The position numbers and the translations under genes are program-made. The notes beneath the pieces are model-generated. The model saw only the letters and a list, made by a program, of their open reading frames with translations. It did not search any database and was not told where the DNA came from. From contig OZ240211.1 in NCBI GenBank assembly GCA_965197525.1, positions 536,251 to 568,250 of the forward strand: a stretch of DNA of 32,000 nucleotides, read 5' to 3'. Shown here one piece after another: positions 16,950-26,293 of this stretch (within the stretch, counting starts at the first letter, position 1; every line of letters starts with the position of its first letter). The stretch is from Nitrosopumilus sp. Its GTDB lineage: Archaea > Thermoproteota > Nitrososphaeria > Nitrososphaerales > Nitrosopumilaceae.

Positions 16950-17124
16950 AGTGATCTCCATTTTATGAATAGTCAAGACTCAAGAGAGGTTTTCACTAAC
17001 TCTGTTGTTACCAGTAGTAATTAATTCGGTAAAATCAAAGTCTTTAACAACTGGATATAACTTTTTGTAAATAATCCAATCACATACTAGAAAAACTCTT
17101 TAACTAAATTAATTTAGCAATATC

Positions 17125-18573
17125 GTGGGAAAAGAAAAAGTAGGAATTACTGTTTCAAAAAAAACTGATTTTAGTGAGTGGTACACCCAAGTGGTACTAA
17201 AGGCAAGACTTGCAGATTATGCGCCAGTCAAAGGATTAATTGTGTTAAGACCTGATGGGTATTCCATTTGGGAATCACTGCAAAAAACATTTGATAAAAA
17301 ATTTGCAAAAAATGGAGTAAGAAATGGATTTTTACCAGTATTAATTCCGGAATCACTATTGGGAAAAGAGCAGAAACATTTTGCAGGATTTAACCCAGAG
17401 GTGTTCTGGGTAACACATTCAGGAACAAACAAGATTGGGGACAGACTTGCACTAAGACCAACATCTGAGACATTAGCATACACCATGTATGCTAAATGGA
17501 TTCAGAGTTGGAGAGATTTACCACTGAAGATCAACTTTTGGAATACAGCATTAAGAGCTGAGATCAAGGCAACAAAACCATTCCTTAGGACGTCAGAATT
17601 TTTATGGCAAGAAGGTCACACAGTACACTCGACACAACAAGAAGCAGAGGACGAGGTAATAACGATGCTAAAAATTTACAAAAATACCGTGGAAGAAGAA
17701 CTAGCCGTGCCTGTAATAACTGGAACAAAGAGTGAGAAAGAAAAGTTTGTAGGCGCAGAATATACAACGACTATGGAGGCAATCATGCCAGATGGAAAGG
17801 CACTACAGATGGGCACATCGCATTTTCTAGGACAGAACTTTTCAAGACCGTTTGAGGTAAAGTTTGCAGATAAAGACAACGTTGAACATTTTGTATGGCA
17901 GACCTCGTGGGGCGTGTCTTGGAGATTGATTGGAGCGATGATTATGGTCCATGGAGATGACAAAGGACTTGTATTACCGCCTAGAGTGGCACCAATACAG
18001 ATAGTCATTGTTCCAATTTATAAAAACCAAGAAGAGAGAGACAAAATCATATCCAAAGCAGGAGAGATTAAAGATATGTTAGAGTTGGAGGGTGTGCGCC
18101 TTCATATAGACAGCAGGGAAGGAATATCCACAGGATACAAATTCAACGACTGGGAACTGAAAGGAGTACCATTACGAATAGAGATAGGTCCCAAAGATAT
18201 GGAAAAACAAAGTATGGTTGTTGTAAAGAGATACAACCGTGAAAAGACCAATCTGGATTTTGCCAAAGTCAAAGAGATTACTGAGATACTAGAACATATA
18301 CAAGATGAGATGCTAAAAAAAGCAAGAGAAGAGGCACAGAGTAATACGATGCATGTGACAGATTATGACGAATTTAAATTAAAGATAGAGAACCAAGGGG
18401 GTTTTCTTTATGCGCCTTGGTGTGGCAGAACAGAGTGCGAAGAAGCGATAAAAGAAGAGACATCAGCTGAGATCAGAGCTATTCCGTTTGAGAACGACGA
18501 GTACAATGACAAAAAATGTATTTACTGCAAGGAACCAAATAAAACAGTGCCAATCTTTGCAAGAGGATACTAG
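17125..18573 (+). CDS. proS: Prolyl-tRNA synthetase, archaeal/eukaryotic type
   Basis: The class II aaRS architecture shows FSEWYTQVV, LRPTSET, FLRTSEFLWQEGHT, the anticodon-binding region and a C-terminal zinc-binding region ending in ...ARGY, typical of archaeal ProRS. The start is GTG. Confidence 0.95.
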   Translation: MGKEKVGITVSKKTDFSEWYTQVVLKARLADYAPVKGLIVLRPDGYSIWESLQKTFDKKFAKNGVRNGFLPVLIPESLLGKEQKHFAGFNPEVFWVTHSGTNKIGDRLALRPTSETLAYTMYAKWIQSWRDLPLKINFWNTALRAEIKATKPFLRTSEFLWQEGHTVHSTQQEAEDEVITMLKIYKNTVEEELAVPVITGTKSEKEKFVGAEYTTTMEAIMPDGKALQMGTSHFLGQNFSRPFEVKFADKDNVEHFVWQTSWGVSWRLIGAMIMVHGDDKGLVLPPRVAPIQIVIVPIYKNQEERDKIISKAGEIKDMLELEGVRLHIDSREGISTGYKFNDWELKGVPLRIEIGPKDMEKQSMVVVKRYNREKTNLDFAKVKEITEILEHIQDEMLKKAREEAQSNTMHVTDYDEFKLKIENQGGFLYAPWCGRTECEEAIKEETSAEIRAIPFENDEYNDKKCIYCKEPNKTVPIFARGY

Positions 18574-18706
18574 ATAAATTTTTAATGGTTTCATACAAGG
18601 TAAGAGTTTATCTTAACAAAAATGTACACATTTAACTATACAGATTCAAACAAGATAATAAAGTAATGGGATTTATCATATTTACAATGGCATTTTTGTA
18701 TTATTG

Positions 18707-19540
18707 TTACTCTGCTGACAAATCCCAATAATTAGCATCTGGTTGTGTATCAGTTGGCATCTCGTGTTCTGTCCAATCCTTAAAAGATTTAGAATACATT
18801 TTGACATTTGTAATGCCTGCCGATTTTAGTGCATAATATGCCAGACCAGATAATGTACCAGCACTACCACAATATGTTATGATTTGTATGTTTTTTTCTG
18901 CTGTTATGTTACGATTCTCAAATAGTCGTTTAAGCTCTTTTGGTGAACGCAGTATAGAATTATTGTCCGGATCTGCTAATGTACGATAGGGTAAATTAAC
19001 TGCACCAGGAATATGATTTTCTAGAAAGTTCAAGCGTTCTCTGTTATCTAGCAGTATGGCGCCATCTGCGTCTTTTACATCATTTAGATTAGCACCTATG
19101 TCGTAATTTGGATCAGATGCAAACTTTACGCTACTGCTATTATTATTATTATTGTTATCATTTGCTTGAACCTCGCTTTGTTCTATTGGCAGACCTAATT
19201 TCTTCCAATCTGCAAAAGTCTTTGAAAGTAATGATATTGATTTGTGTCCTGCATGTTCTAACGTCCAAGCCACACGTGAGGCCACTGCACCAAAAGAGTC
19301 ATCATAAACAACTGCGTGCTGTATACCATCAATACCTGCATCGCCTGCAAGTTTTGCCACTGTTTCGGGAGAGTCATCCTTAAGCAAGTCCCACAAGGGA
19401 AATGAAATTGCACCATGCAAATGACCTTGAATATAATCTTGTGTTCTACGTGCATCAATGACACATAGTGACTTGTCTTTAATTGCATCAAGTACCGCGT
19501 CTGGTTCCATAACACATGATGCAAGCGTCATATTGGACAT
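18707..19540 (-). CDS. Tandem-rhodanese sulfurtransferase (thiosulfate/3-mercaptopyruvate type)
   Basis: Two rhodanese-like halves are joined by an Asn-rich linker. The active-site loop YCGSAGTLSG lies in the C-terminal half and resembles the CGSGVTA loop of mercaptopyruvate sulfurtransferases. Confidence 0.85.
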   Translation of the reverse strand: MSNMTLASCVMEPDAVLDAIKDKSLCVIDARRTQDYIQGHLHGAISFPLWDLLKDDSPETVAKLAGDAGIDGIQHAVVYDDSFGAVASRVAWTLEHAGHKSISLLSKTFADWKKLGLPIEQSEVQANDNNNNNNSSSVKFASDPNYDIGANLNDVKDADGAILLDNRERLNFLENHIPGAVNLPYRTLADPDNNSILRSPKELKRLFENRNITAEKNIQIITYCGSAGTLSGLAYYALKSAGITNVKMYSKSFKDWTEHEMPTDTQPDANYWDLSAE

Positions 19541-19732
19541 GGTATAAATTGCAAGTTAGGGATTAATATAATTACTGATATATTAACTGCCTATCAACAA
19601 ATTTTCTAAATGAGGTTATATGTCATCAAGTTTGAATTAAATCTAGACTAGCAGTTAGTGCTTTTGCTTGTAATATGAAATCCACAGGAGCGGAAACAAC
19701 GTGTACTAGAATTAACGACTAGCACATGAACG

Positions 19733-19918
19733 CTAGGGGTCAAAGGATTCGCCAAAGATCTTCTCAATTCTTGTAGGCTTGCCACACGAGTCACACTTGC
19801 CAATTTCAGCAAACAGAGTATCGCCTGTAGCAAACTTTCGTTTGCTCTGCAAATCGCAGCCAGTGCATTGCACCACGGTATATGCAATTGTAATCTTTTC
19901 TTTCTTTGAGAAGATCAT
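19733..19918 (-). CDS. Small zinc-ribbon protein (61 aa)
   Basis: CTGC...CDSC gives two CxxC pairs. Its ATG overlaps the stop of the upstream gene as ATGA (19915..19918), which suggests translational coupling. Confidence 0.6.
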   Translation of the reverse strand: MIFSKKEKITIAYTVVQCTGCDLQSKRKFATGDTLFAEIGKCDSCGKPTRIEKIFGESFDP

Positions 19919-21060
19919 TGTAAAACTCCAACAGTATTGCCCACACCAATGACAAGAACTAGTTGACCTTGTACGGTGTTTTCTCTGATCATATCATACA
20001 CCTGTTCTCTTACATCATCTGCTTGATCAGCAATCTCTTTGGTCATCAAAGTGATCGCATCTTTTACAGATTCTTTTACCACAATTGAGAATATCGGGAT
20101 GTTGTTCTCAACGGCAACCGCTTCAATCTGAAACCGCTCAGTACCAATTCCTCCTATTGCAGCACCAAAACCTTGTGCAACGGATGCAGAATCCTCACCT
20201 TCAAGTTTTAATGCCGCATCAACCATAATTACTGCATCTAATTTATTATCAGAGATAGTCGCCTCTAAAGCATCTGCAGGTCGCCCTACAACAGACAGAG
20301 GACCTTGAGCTTTTAAAAGGAATAATTCTCGACCCTCAAAATCAGTCTTTGCAAGGACGGTCTGAAAAGAGGCAATCTCTTTTTTGTGTGAAAGCATCAT
20401 CTTTCCTACAACCATAGGACCAATTCCATCACCTATTGGTTGACCAGTCTCAAATGCAGATAGTGCATCCTTCATGGCTTTGGCCTCCTCCATAATAAAC
20501 GGAAGAATCATCTGTAATGGCAGAATCAGAGGATAGTTATTCTGTTTTTTTGCAGTCAAAAACATGTGATTGATGATTTTGTAGATCATCTGGAGGGACG
20601 AGGCAATCTCAAGCAGGGTTTGAACTTTTGCCAACTCTACATCACTCATCTCAGGAGAAGAGATGGATTTGATGCGCTCTCTGGTATGATCCTCCCTTGA
20701 TCGTACAATATGTTGAACCTTTTGAACAATCCCATTAGGATCCATGTCAACAGGCATGATTGTAAAGTAGTCAATGAATTGATCAATCTTTTTGATAGTA
20801 TTACTACTGTCATGTATTGACAGATTATTGTCCTTTACATAGTCAATCAGCGCAGTTCTTGACTCTATTCTAAAATTATCGAGTTTTTTAATGTCTTTTT
20901 TGAGGTCTCGTGACGTAACAAATAGCTGAATACGTTGGCCATAAAATACAAAGAGAATTATCGGGAGAATCCATATCAGCATTATAAGCGGGTTGGAATC
21001 ATCGCCTGTTGAGAATACCTGGTCTAGATCAAAATTTGTAAAATTCACTAATATCAGCAT
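19915..21060 (-). CDS. Conserved archaeal protein, DUF1512-like, with an N-terminal membrane anchor
   Basis: This 381-aa protein has a hydrophobic segment LIMLIWILPIILFVFY followed by a soluble region. The size and layout match my recollection of the archaeal DUF1512 family, but I have not verified this with an HMM. Confidence 0.6.
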   Translation of the reverse strand: MLILVNFTNFDLDQVFSTGDDSNPLIMLIWILPIILFVFYGQRIQLFVTSRDLKKDIKKLDNFRIESRTALIDYVKDNNLSIHDSSNTIKKIDQFIDYFTIMPVDMDPNGIVQKVQHIVRSREDHTRERIKSISSPEMSDVELAKVQTLLEIASSLQMIYKIINHMFLTAKKQNNYPLILPLQMILPFIMEEAKAMKDALSAFETGQPIGDGIGPMVVGKMMLSHKKEIASFQTVLAKTDFEGRELFLLKAQGPLSVVGRPADALEATISDNKLDAVIMVDAALKLEGEDSASVAQGFGAAIGGIGTERFQIEAVAVENNIPIFSIVVKESVKDAITLMTKEIADQADDVREQVYDMIRENTVQGQLVLVIGVGNTVGVLQ

Positions 21061-21153
21061 ATTTAAACCAAATTAAAGCATTCGTCTTCAAAAAATACCG
21101 TGCATATTAGTCATATTAGTAAAAAAACAGAAATCTAGGTCAAGCACGAGTGC

Positions 21154-21163
21154 TTTTATTATA
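21154..21163 (+). promoter_or_regulatory. Candidate TATA box of tbp
   Basis: TTTTATTATA is centred about 28 nt upstream of ATG 21187. That spacing fits an archaeal promoter driving a leaderless or near-leaderless mRNA. Confidence 0.3.
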
Positions 21164-21186
21164 GTGCAAATATTAAAAAAATCACA

Positions 21187-21748
21187 GATGCCACAAACAA
21201 AACCCATGATAAATATAGTAAATGTAGTAGCGTCAGCAGACGTAATGCAGAAGATGGATTTGAATGAGATCACAAGAACGTTTCCTGATGTAGAGTATCA
21301 TCCGGATCAGTTTCCAGGATTGGTCTTTAGATTAAAGTCACCAAAGACTGCAACGCTCATCTTTACTTCAGGTAAGATGGTATGTACAGGTTCAAAATCA
21401 GAAGAGCTGGCACGAAGAGCGGTAAAGACGGTTGTACAGAAACTCAAAAAAGGAAAGATAAAGATAAAGAAAGACGCAGAGGTAACCATTCAAAACATTG
21501 TCGCGTCAATCACGCTAGGCGGAAAAATTCACCTAGAACAAGCAGCAAGGACATTGCCACGAAGTATGTATGAACCAGAACAATTTCCAGGACTGATTCA
21601 CAGAATGATAGATCCAAAGACAGTGATCCTGTTGTTCTCATCAGGAAAACTTGTATGTACAGGAGCCAAGCATGAAACAGATGTATTCAGATCTGTAAAC
21701 AATCTACATTCGCTACTTGAAGAAAAGAATTTGATGATTTATGACTAG
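21187..21748 (+). CDS. tbp: TATA-box-binding protein
   Basis: Two direct repeats are present: NIVASADV...YHPDQFPGLVFRL...ATLIFTSGKMVCTGSKS and NIVASITL...YEPEQFPGLIHRM...VILLFSSGKLVCTGAKH. The track ORF begins at GTG 21164, but ATG 21187 is the more likely start. Confidence 0.95.
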
Positions 21749-22008
21749 TATAAAACATCATAAATACATCTTTAACAATTTTTAATTATATATTAGATTC
21801 AACATACATGAATACATAATGTCAAAATAATCATGACATGTGGATAGAGGTAACACATGAGAAATATTTGCGTACGTAGTAAATGGCAAGACAGATGGTA
21901 AAGAAGGTTTTGTGTAACTTAGATCAAATTAAATCAAATCAAAAAAAAAAAAAATAAAAAAGAGAGATATGTATTGCGTATTATTGATTTTGGTTGTTTA
22001 AAAAATAG

Positions 22009-22359
22009 TCATTTGACAATACTGCCCAAAGGAATACTGTCTCCTCTACCTTCTTCGTCTTCTTTTACTGTCAACCAAAACGGTTTATCATCAACATCTA
22101 CTGCAAGTAACATTGCATTGGATTCAACACCTGCCATTTTTCTTGGCTCAAGATTTGCAACGACAATAACTATCTTGTCCAACATAGATTCAGGAGTAAA
22201 ATACTGAGCGCCGCCAATTATAACATCACGCAGGTCATCATTACCTAGATCAATTTTGCCTCGGATGATTCTAGATTTGCCGGGAATTGGTGCAGCTTCA
22301 ATAACTTTTGCAACTCTAATATCCAGCTTTGCAAAATCATCATATGATACACTATTCAT
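22009..22359 (-). CDS. tRNA-binding OB-fold protein (Trbp111/CsaA/EMAPII-like)
   Basis: FAKLDIRVAKVIEAAPIPGKSRIIRGKIDLG...IVIVVANLEPRKMAGVESNAMLLA is the typical tRNA-binding domain signature. ATG 22359 is preferred over the track start at TTG 22380. Confidence 0.8.
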   Translation of the reverse strand: MNSVSYDDFAKLDIRVAKVIEAAPIPGKSRIIRGKIDLGNDDLRDVIIGGAQYFTPESMLDKIVIVVANLEPRKMAGVESNAMLLAVDVDDKPFWLTVKEDEEGRGDSIPLGSIVK

Positions 22360-22396
22360 GGTAACCAAACAGAGTACCAACTAAAATAAATTTCGA

Positions 22397-22498
22397 ATTA
22401 ATTAATCAACAATCAATCAATTAATCAATCAATTAATCAACAATCAATCAATTAATCAACAATAATCAATTAATCAACAATCAATCAATCAATCAACA
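22397..22498. repeat. G-free AATC/TCAA-based tandem repeat with five TTAATCAA cores
   Basis: TTAATCAA occurs at 22402, 22421, 22433, 22452 and 22470 (spacings 19, 12, 19, 18), embedded in (CAAT)n. It lies immediately upstream of the minus-strand gene that starts at 22359/22380. Confidence 0.9.
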
Positions 22499-22570
22499 TT
22501 ACCCATATTATTTAATTAAAGACGGAACGAATTGTAAAAAATAGACGTCATCAGTGAGTCAAATATTCGT

Positions 22571-22768
22571 TTATTGCAACTCTTCTTTTGAGACTCCACT
22601 AGTCTCAATATCATATCGTAACGAGACATCAAGCTCCTGATAGCTCTTGTCGACTAGAATAATAATTTGATCCTCAGGCACATTGACTATCTTGAGCAAT
22701 TTGCCTCTCTGGTGAGCGTATGCACTCTTCCAAAAACTAGAGGCGTCAAAAGTCTGTATTTTAACCAT
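22571..22768 (-). CDS. Hypothetical small protein (65 aa)
   Basis: It has an ATG start and is the only ORF in this interval. I recognise no motif. Confidence 0.35.
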   Translation of the reverse strand: MVKIQTFDASSFWKSAYAHQRGKLLKIVNVPEDQIIILVDKSYQELDVSLRYDIETSGVSKEELQ

Positions 22769-22917
22769 CTACTACCCCTATCTCAAGTATTCCCATTTAA
22801 ATAAAGTGACTGTGACGGAAGAATGGCAAACGCCATTGGAACTGGAGTTAGTGTTCCGGATTTTAGGCATTTACCCATCACAGTCTATTCAAAGAATAAA
22901 ATGATCTAATATATTTA

Positions 22918-23361
22918 ATGCGGACGCATTCTCAAAATGTGGCCAAAATCAAGGTACAGCTAGAGATTGATGCAACAATTGACAAAGTATGGAGTGTTGT
23001 GTCTGATTTAGATAATGAACCAAAATTTTGGAAAGGGACAAAGACTGTAAAGAATATATCAAAAGAAGACGATGGGCATACCATTAACAGAGAAATTACA
23101 ATTGCGTTCAGGGATCAGGTGTGTCATCAACAAGTAAAGCTTTATCCGAAAGAGAAGATAGTAGCTAAATTCACAAAAGGCATCATAGACGGCGAAAAAG
23201 AGATAACTCTGGTGCCAAAGGATAAAAAAACTATACTATATGCGTACTGGGACATAAGTTTAACCGGTATGATGGGCATCTTTACTGGAATGATTAAAAA
23301 ACACATCAAGAACGGGACGCAACAAGCCTTGACAAACATCAAAGAGGAGATAGAAAGATAG
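22918..23361 (+). CDS. SRPBCC (START/Bet v1/polyketide-cyclase-like) ligand-binding protein
   Basis: IDATIDKVWSVVSDLDNEPKFWKG is a typical N-terminal SRPBCC signature, and the size is about 147 aa. Confidence 0.7.
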   Translation: MRTHSQNVAKIKVQLEIDATIDKVWSVVSDLDNEPKFWKGTKTVKNISKEDDGHTINREITIAFRDQVCHQQVKLYPKEKIVAKFTKGIIDGEKEITLVPKDKKTILYAYWDISLTGMMGIFTGMIKKHIKNGTQQALTNIKEEIER

Positions 23362-23362
23362 T

Positions 23363-24580
23363 ATGGATAGCATCATACTGTTTACGGACATCTTCAACTA
23401 TGTATTGACTGCAATTTTAATTGCAGTATCAGGTACATGGATATTTTTTATAAAATCAATGATAGATTCATTTAGACTGTCACCACAGCTAGATAAATTC
23501 AAGAATACTTCAAAATCAGCACCCAAAGTATCAATAATTCTCCCCGCAAGAGATGAGGAGAAGTTCATAAGAAAATGTTTGGATTCACTGATTAAGCAAG
23601 ATTACAAAAATTATGAAATAATAGTGATTGATGACTCTTCAAAAGATGCAACTGGAAAAATAATTACAGAGTATGCAGAGGCGCATTCCAATATAATAGC
23701 AGTATCTGCAAGACCAAAACCAGATGGCTGGATGGGGAAAAATTGGGCATGCATGGAAGGATATAAAAAAGTAACAGGAGACCTATTGCTGTTCACAGAT
23801 GCTGATACTGTCCACGCTAAAAACGTAATATCGCTTGCGGTAGCACATTTGAACACTTTTGATTTAGATGCGTTATCTGTAATGCCAAAACTGCTGACAT
23901 ATGATTTCTGGACAAATATCACACTGCCGCTGATCTCTGCATTTTTGCACACAAGATTTTCACCATTAAATGTAAATAATCCCGCAAAGAAGACGGGTTA
24001 CTTTTTTGGAAGTTTCTTCATTTTGAAAAATACAACGTATCAGGAGATTGGGACACACAAGGCAGTAAAACATGAGATTATCGAAGATGCCGCACTAGGA
24101 AGAAAAGTAAAAGAGTCAGGCTACAAACTAAAGATGGTGAGGGGAGAGCACCTAATTGATGCCGTCTGGGCCAGAGAGAAAAATACGTTATGGCACGGAT
24201 TGAAGAGACTGATAATTCCGTTATATATTCAAGATAAAAAGATTGGAGTAGGGGTGTTCCTTGCGGTGTTATTTCTGCTATTTGTTCCGTTTTTGGTATT
24301 TGGAGTATCAGTACTATTACAGGTAGAGTCCGCATCTGCCTACGTACTGTGTATCAGCTCAGCAGTTGCGTCAATTTTGGCCTACATTGGGACAATAATT
24401 GAGGTAAAGGTAGGATTAAAGTTAAAAAGCATCTACATATTTTTTGCGCCACTAGGAGGTCTAGTAGTAGTTTCAGCATTTCTAAGTGGACTACTACAGG
24501 CTACGACGAACTCTGCAGTAGAATGGAGGGGAAGAAGTTACTCTATTGGCGACGGCAGTCACATGCAGAAAACAGTATAA
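23363..24580 (+). CDS. Family 2 glycosyltransferase with an N-terminal anchor and C-terminal transmembrane segments
   Basis: VSIILPARDEE...IIVIDDSSKDATG...PDGWMGKNWAC...LLLFTDADTVH are GT-A/GT2 motifs including DxD. The start lies 1 nt after the stop of the SRPBCC gene. Confidence 0.85.
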   Translation: MDSIILFTDIFNYVLTAILIAVSGTWIFFIKSMIDSFRLSPQLDKFKNTSKSAPKVSIILPARDEEKFIRKCLDSLIKQDYKNYEIIVIDDSSKDATGKIITEYAEAHSNIIAVSARPKPDGWMGKNWACMEGYKKVTGDLLLFTDADTVHAKNVISLAVAHLNTFDLDALSVMPKLLTYDFWTNITLPLISAFLHTRFSPLNVNNPAKKTGYFFGSFFILKNTTYQEIGTHKAVKHEIIEDAALGRKVKESGYKLKMVRGEHLIDAVWAREKNTLWHGLKRLIIPLYIQDKKIGVGVFLAVLFLLFVPFLVFGVSVLLQVESASAYVLCISSAVASILAYIGTIIEVKVGLKLKSIYIFFAPLGGLVVVSAFLSGLLQATTNSAVEWRGRSYSIGDGSHMQKTV

Positions 24581-24653
24581 TCCATAGAATGCAAAAATGA
24601 CATAAAATATGAGTAGTAATCCTTTTAGATAGAAAAATAAAAAAAATCATCAC

Positions 24654-25904
24654 ATGGTAAATACAAATTCGGTTATAGGTGGAAGTATCGGGGCAATAAT
24701 GATAATTGCGCTAGTTGTAACTGTGTTTGTTGCACCTCCAGAATCGATGAGAACGGTCATAAATGATTATGGTGATGATGATGATGATTATAATGATATA
24801 GACGATGTAACGGTTAATGCAATCAAAAATGAGAGCATGCTAAAAGATGAAATTAAAGCACTCAAAGGCGAGATTGAGGCATTAAGCAAAATAACAACAG
24901 TAACGGCAAAAGATGAAGGCAAATTATCGTTAATTGAGATCTTTGAGAGATCAGAACCGAGCGTAGTCAGCGTCAATGTACATAGAAATCAGACTACAAA
25001 CATAATAAATGACAATGGCGGTAACAGCCTAGGCTCAGGTTTTGTATTTGACATAGAAGGGTACATAATAACAAACGAGCATGTTGTAACGAATGCAACA
25101 AAGATAGTAATAACATTTCTTGACGGCAGAGAATACAATGCAGAGATTATAGGATATGATGCAGACACAGATATTGCAGTACTCAAAGTTAATTCAGAGT
25201 TAGCATCACTGCGTCCACTGATCATAGGAGATTCATCAGAGCTCAAAGTTGGAGAGACGATAGCTGCGATTGGAAATCCGTTTGGACTATCAGGTTCGAT
25301 GACATCAGGGATTGTAAGTCAGTTAGAAAGACTGCTTCCGGCAGAATCAGGATTTTCAATTCCGGGCATAATCCAGACAGATGCTGCAATTAATCCAGGA
25401 AATTCAGGAGGGCCGCTGCTCAACTTGTACGGAGAGGTAGTTGGTATCAACACTGCAATACAGTCAACTACAGGGGAGTTTACAGGCGTGGGGTTCGCAA
25501 TACCTTCACAGACAGTCTCCAAGATTGTTCCCAGACTCATAGAGGAAGGAGAGTACAAACATCCATGGATCGGGATCTCAGGCAGAGATATTGATCCAGA
25601 CCTAGCGAAAGCGTTGAATCTAAAAGAGGCAGTAGGGTTTCTCATAATTACAGTCGTGGAGGATAGTCCTGCATACAAAGCAGGTTTGATAGGTTCTGAC
25701 CAAACAGTAGAGATTGACGGAGTCGCTCATACAATAGGAGGAGATATAATTATAGCAGTAGACGGAATCGAAGTAAGAAAGATTGATGATATCTTAGTTC
25801 ATCTGCAGGGGACAAAGGCAGTAGGAGATGAGATGGTATTGGAGGTTCTCAGAGACGGAAGAACAACAGAGATTACAGTTTTGTTACAGGCAAGACCCGG
25901 TTAA
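24654..25904 (+). CDS. htrA: HtrA/DegP-family serine protease with a PDZ domain
   Basis: An N-terminal TM segment is followed by catalytic His (TNEHVV), Asp (DTDIAVLKV) and Ser (GNSGGPLLN) contexts, then a C-terminal PDZ-like region. Confidence 0.9.
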   Translation: MVNTNSVIGGSIGAIMIIALVVTVFVAPPESMRTVINDYGDDDDDYNDIDDVTVNAIKNESMLKDEIKALKGEIEALSKITTVTAKDEGKLSLIEIFERSEPSVVSVNVHRNQTTNIINDNGGNSLGSGFVFDIEGYIITNEHVVTNATKIVITFLDGREYNAEIIGYDADTDIAVLKVNSELASLRPLIIGDSSELKVGETIAAIGNPFGLSGSMTSGIVSQLERLLPAESGFSIPGIIQTDAAINPGNSGGPLLNLYGEVVGINTAIQSTTGEFTGVGFAIPSQTVSKIVPRLIEEGEYKHPWIGISGRDIDPDLAKALNLKEAVGFLIITVVEDSPAYKAGLIGSDQTVEIDGVAHTIGGDIIIAVDGIEVRKIDDILVHLQGTKAVGDEMVLEVLRDGRTTEITVLLQARPG

Positions 25905-25907
25905 CAT

Positions 25908-26293
25908 GGGAATTATATACCTAGGTTACGTTTCTGCACCAAGGTTTTTTTCTGACAGTCCAACAAATCATTCACAGCTTCCTGTTGGAACGCAGTTGTT
26001 GCCACATTGGTGTGGTATTTGTTGCTCCATGGCATGGTGTGATGTATGGTAGTAATGGTACGGCTTGTCTTGATTTTGTCATATTTTTCAACCAGTCCTG
26101 CCTCTACGCCCATGTTGAAAAAATACGTCTGAAAGTTTGCAATCTTGCGTGCCTTTAATGACAGTTCTTTTGTCTGCCTTGGTTTTACAATCACTGTTCT
26201 ATAAATAAAATCTTTTATTTCTTTTTCCATCCAGTTAATAATCGGTGTATTATATATAATTGACGTATAATGTAATCCAAGTATGTAATTCCC
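25908..26293 (-). mobile_element. 386-bp internal-deletion (MITE-like) derivative of the family-2 TnpB element
   Basis: It is collinear with 9331..9643 plus 10895..10967 of the full copy, so 1251 bp are missing. The termini are GGGAATTATATAC (25908..25920) and GTATGTAATTCCC (26281..26293). An 8-bp direct repeat GTTAACAT lies at 25900..25907 and 26294..26301. Confidence 0.85.
25913..26230 (-). pseudogene. tnpB: In-frame deletion remnant of tnpB (N-terminal 83 aa fused to the last 22 aa)
   Basis: The track ORF MEKEIKDFIYRTVIV...TTAFQQ|EAVNDLLDCQKKTLVQKRNLGI matches both ends of the 522-aa TnpB. All RuvC and zinc-ribbon motifs are deleted. Confidence 0.8.

Noticed and set aside
19648-19887. A 79-aa ORF overlaps the zinc-ribbon gene in another frame.
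   Set aside because: The 61-aa frame has CxxC pairs and an ATGA coupling to the upstream gene. The 79-aa frame has neither, and it extends into the intergenic region.
22381-22520. The TTAATCAA array might be a replication-origin (ORB-like) repeat cluster.
   Set aside because: There is no adjacent orc1/cdc6 gene, no inverted ORB pair flanking an unwinding element, and the units are much shorter than ORB boxes.
9331-26293. The full family-2 element (+) and its MITE derivative (-) are inverted with respect to each other, both with identical 30-bp left ends facing outward. They bracket about 15 kb (cofE to htrA) like a composite transposon.
   Set aside because: Each copy carries its own matched 8-bp duplication (TAAAAAAA and GTTAACAT), and the outermost flanks do not match each other. 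The two copies therefore inserted independently and the segment did not move as a unit. Inversion by homologous recombination remains possible but is not evidenced here.
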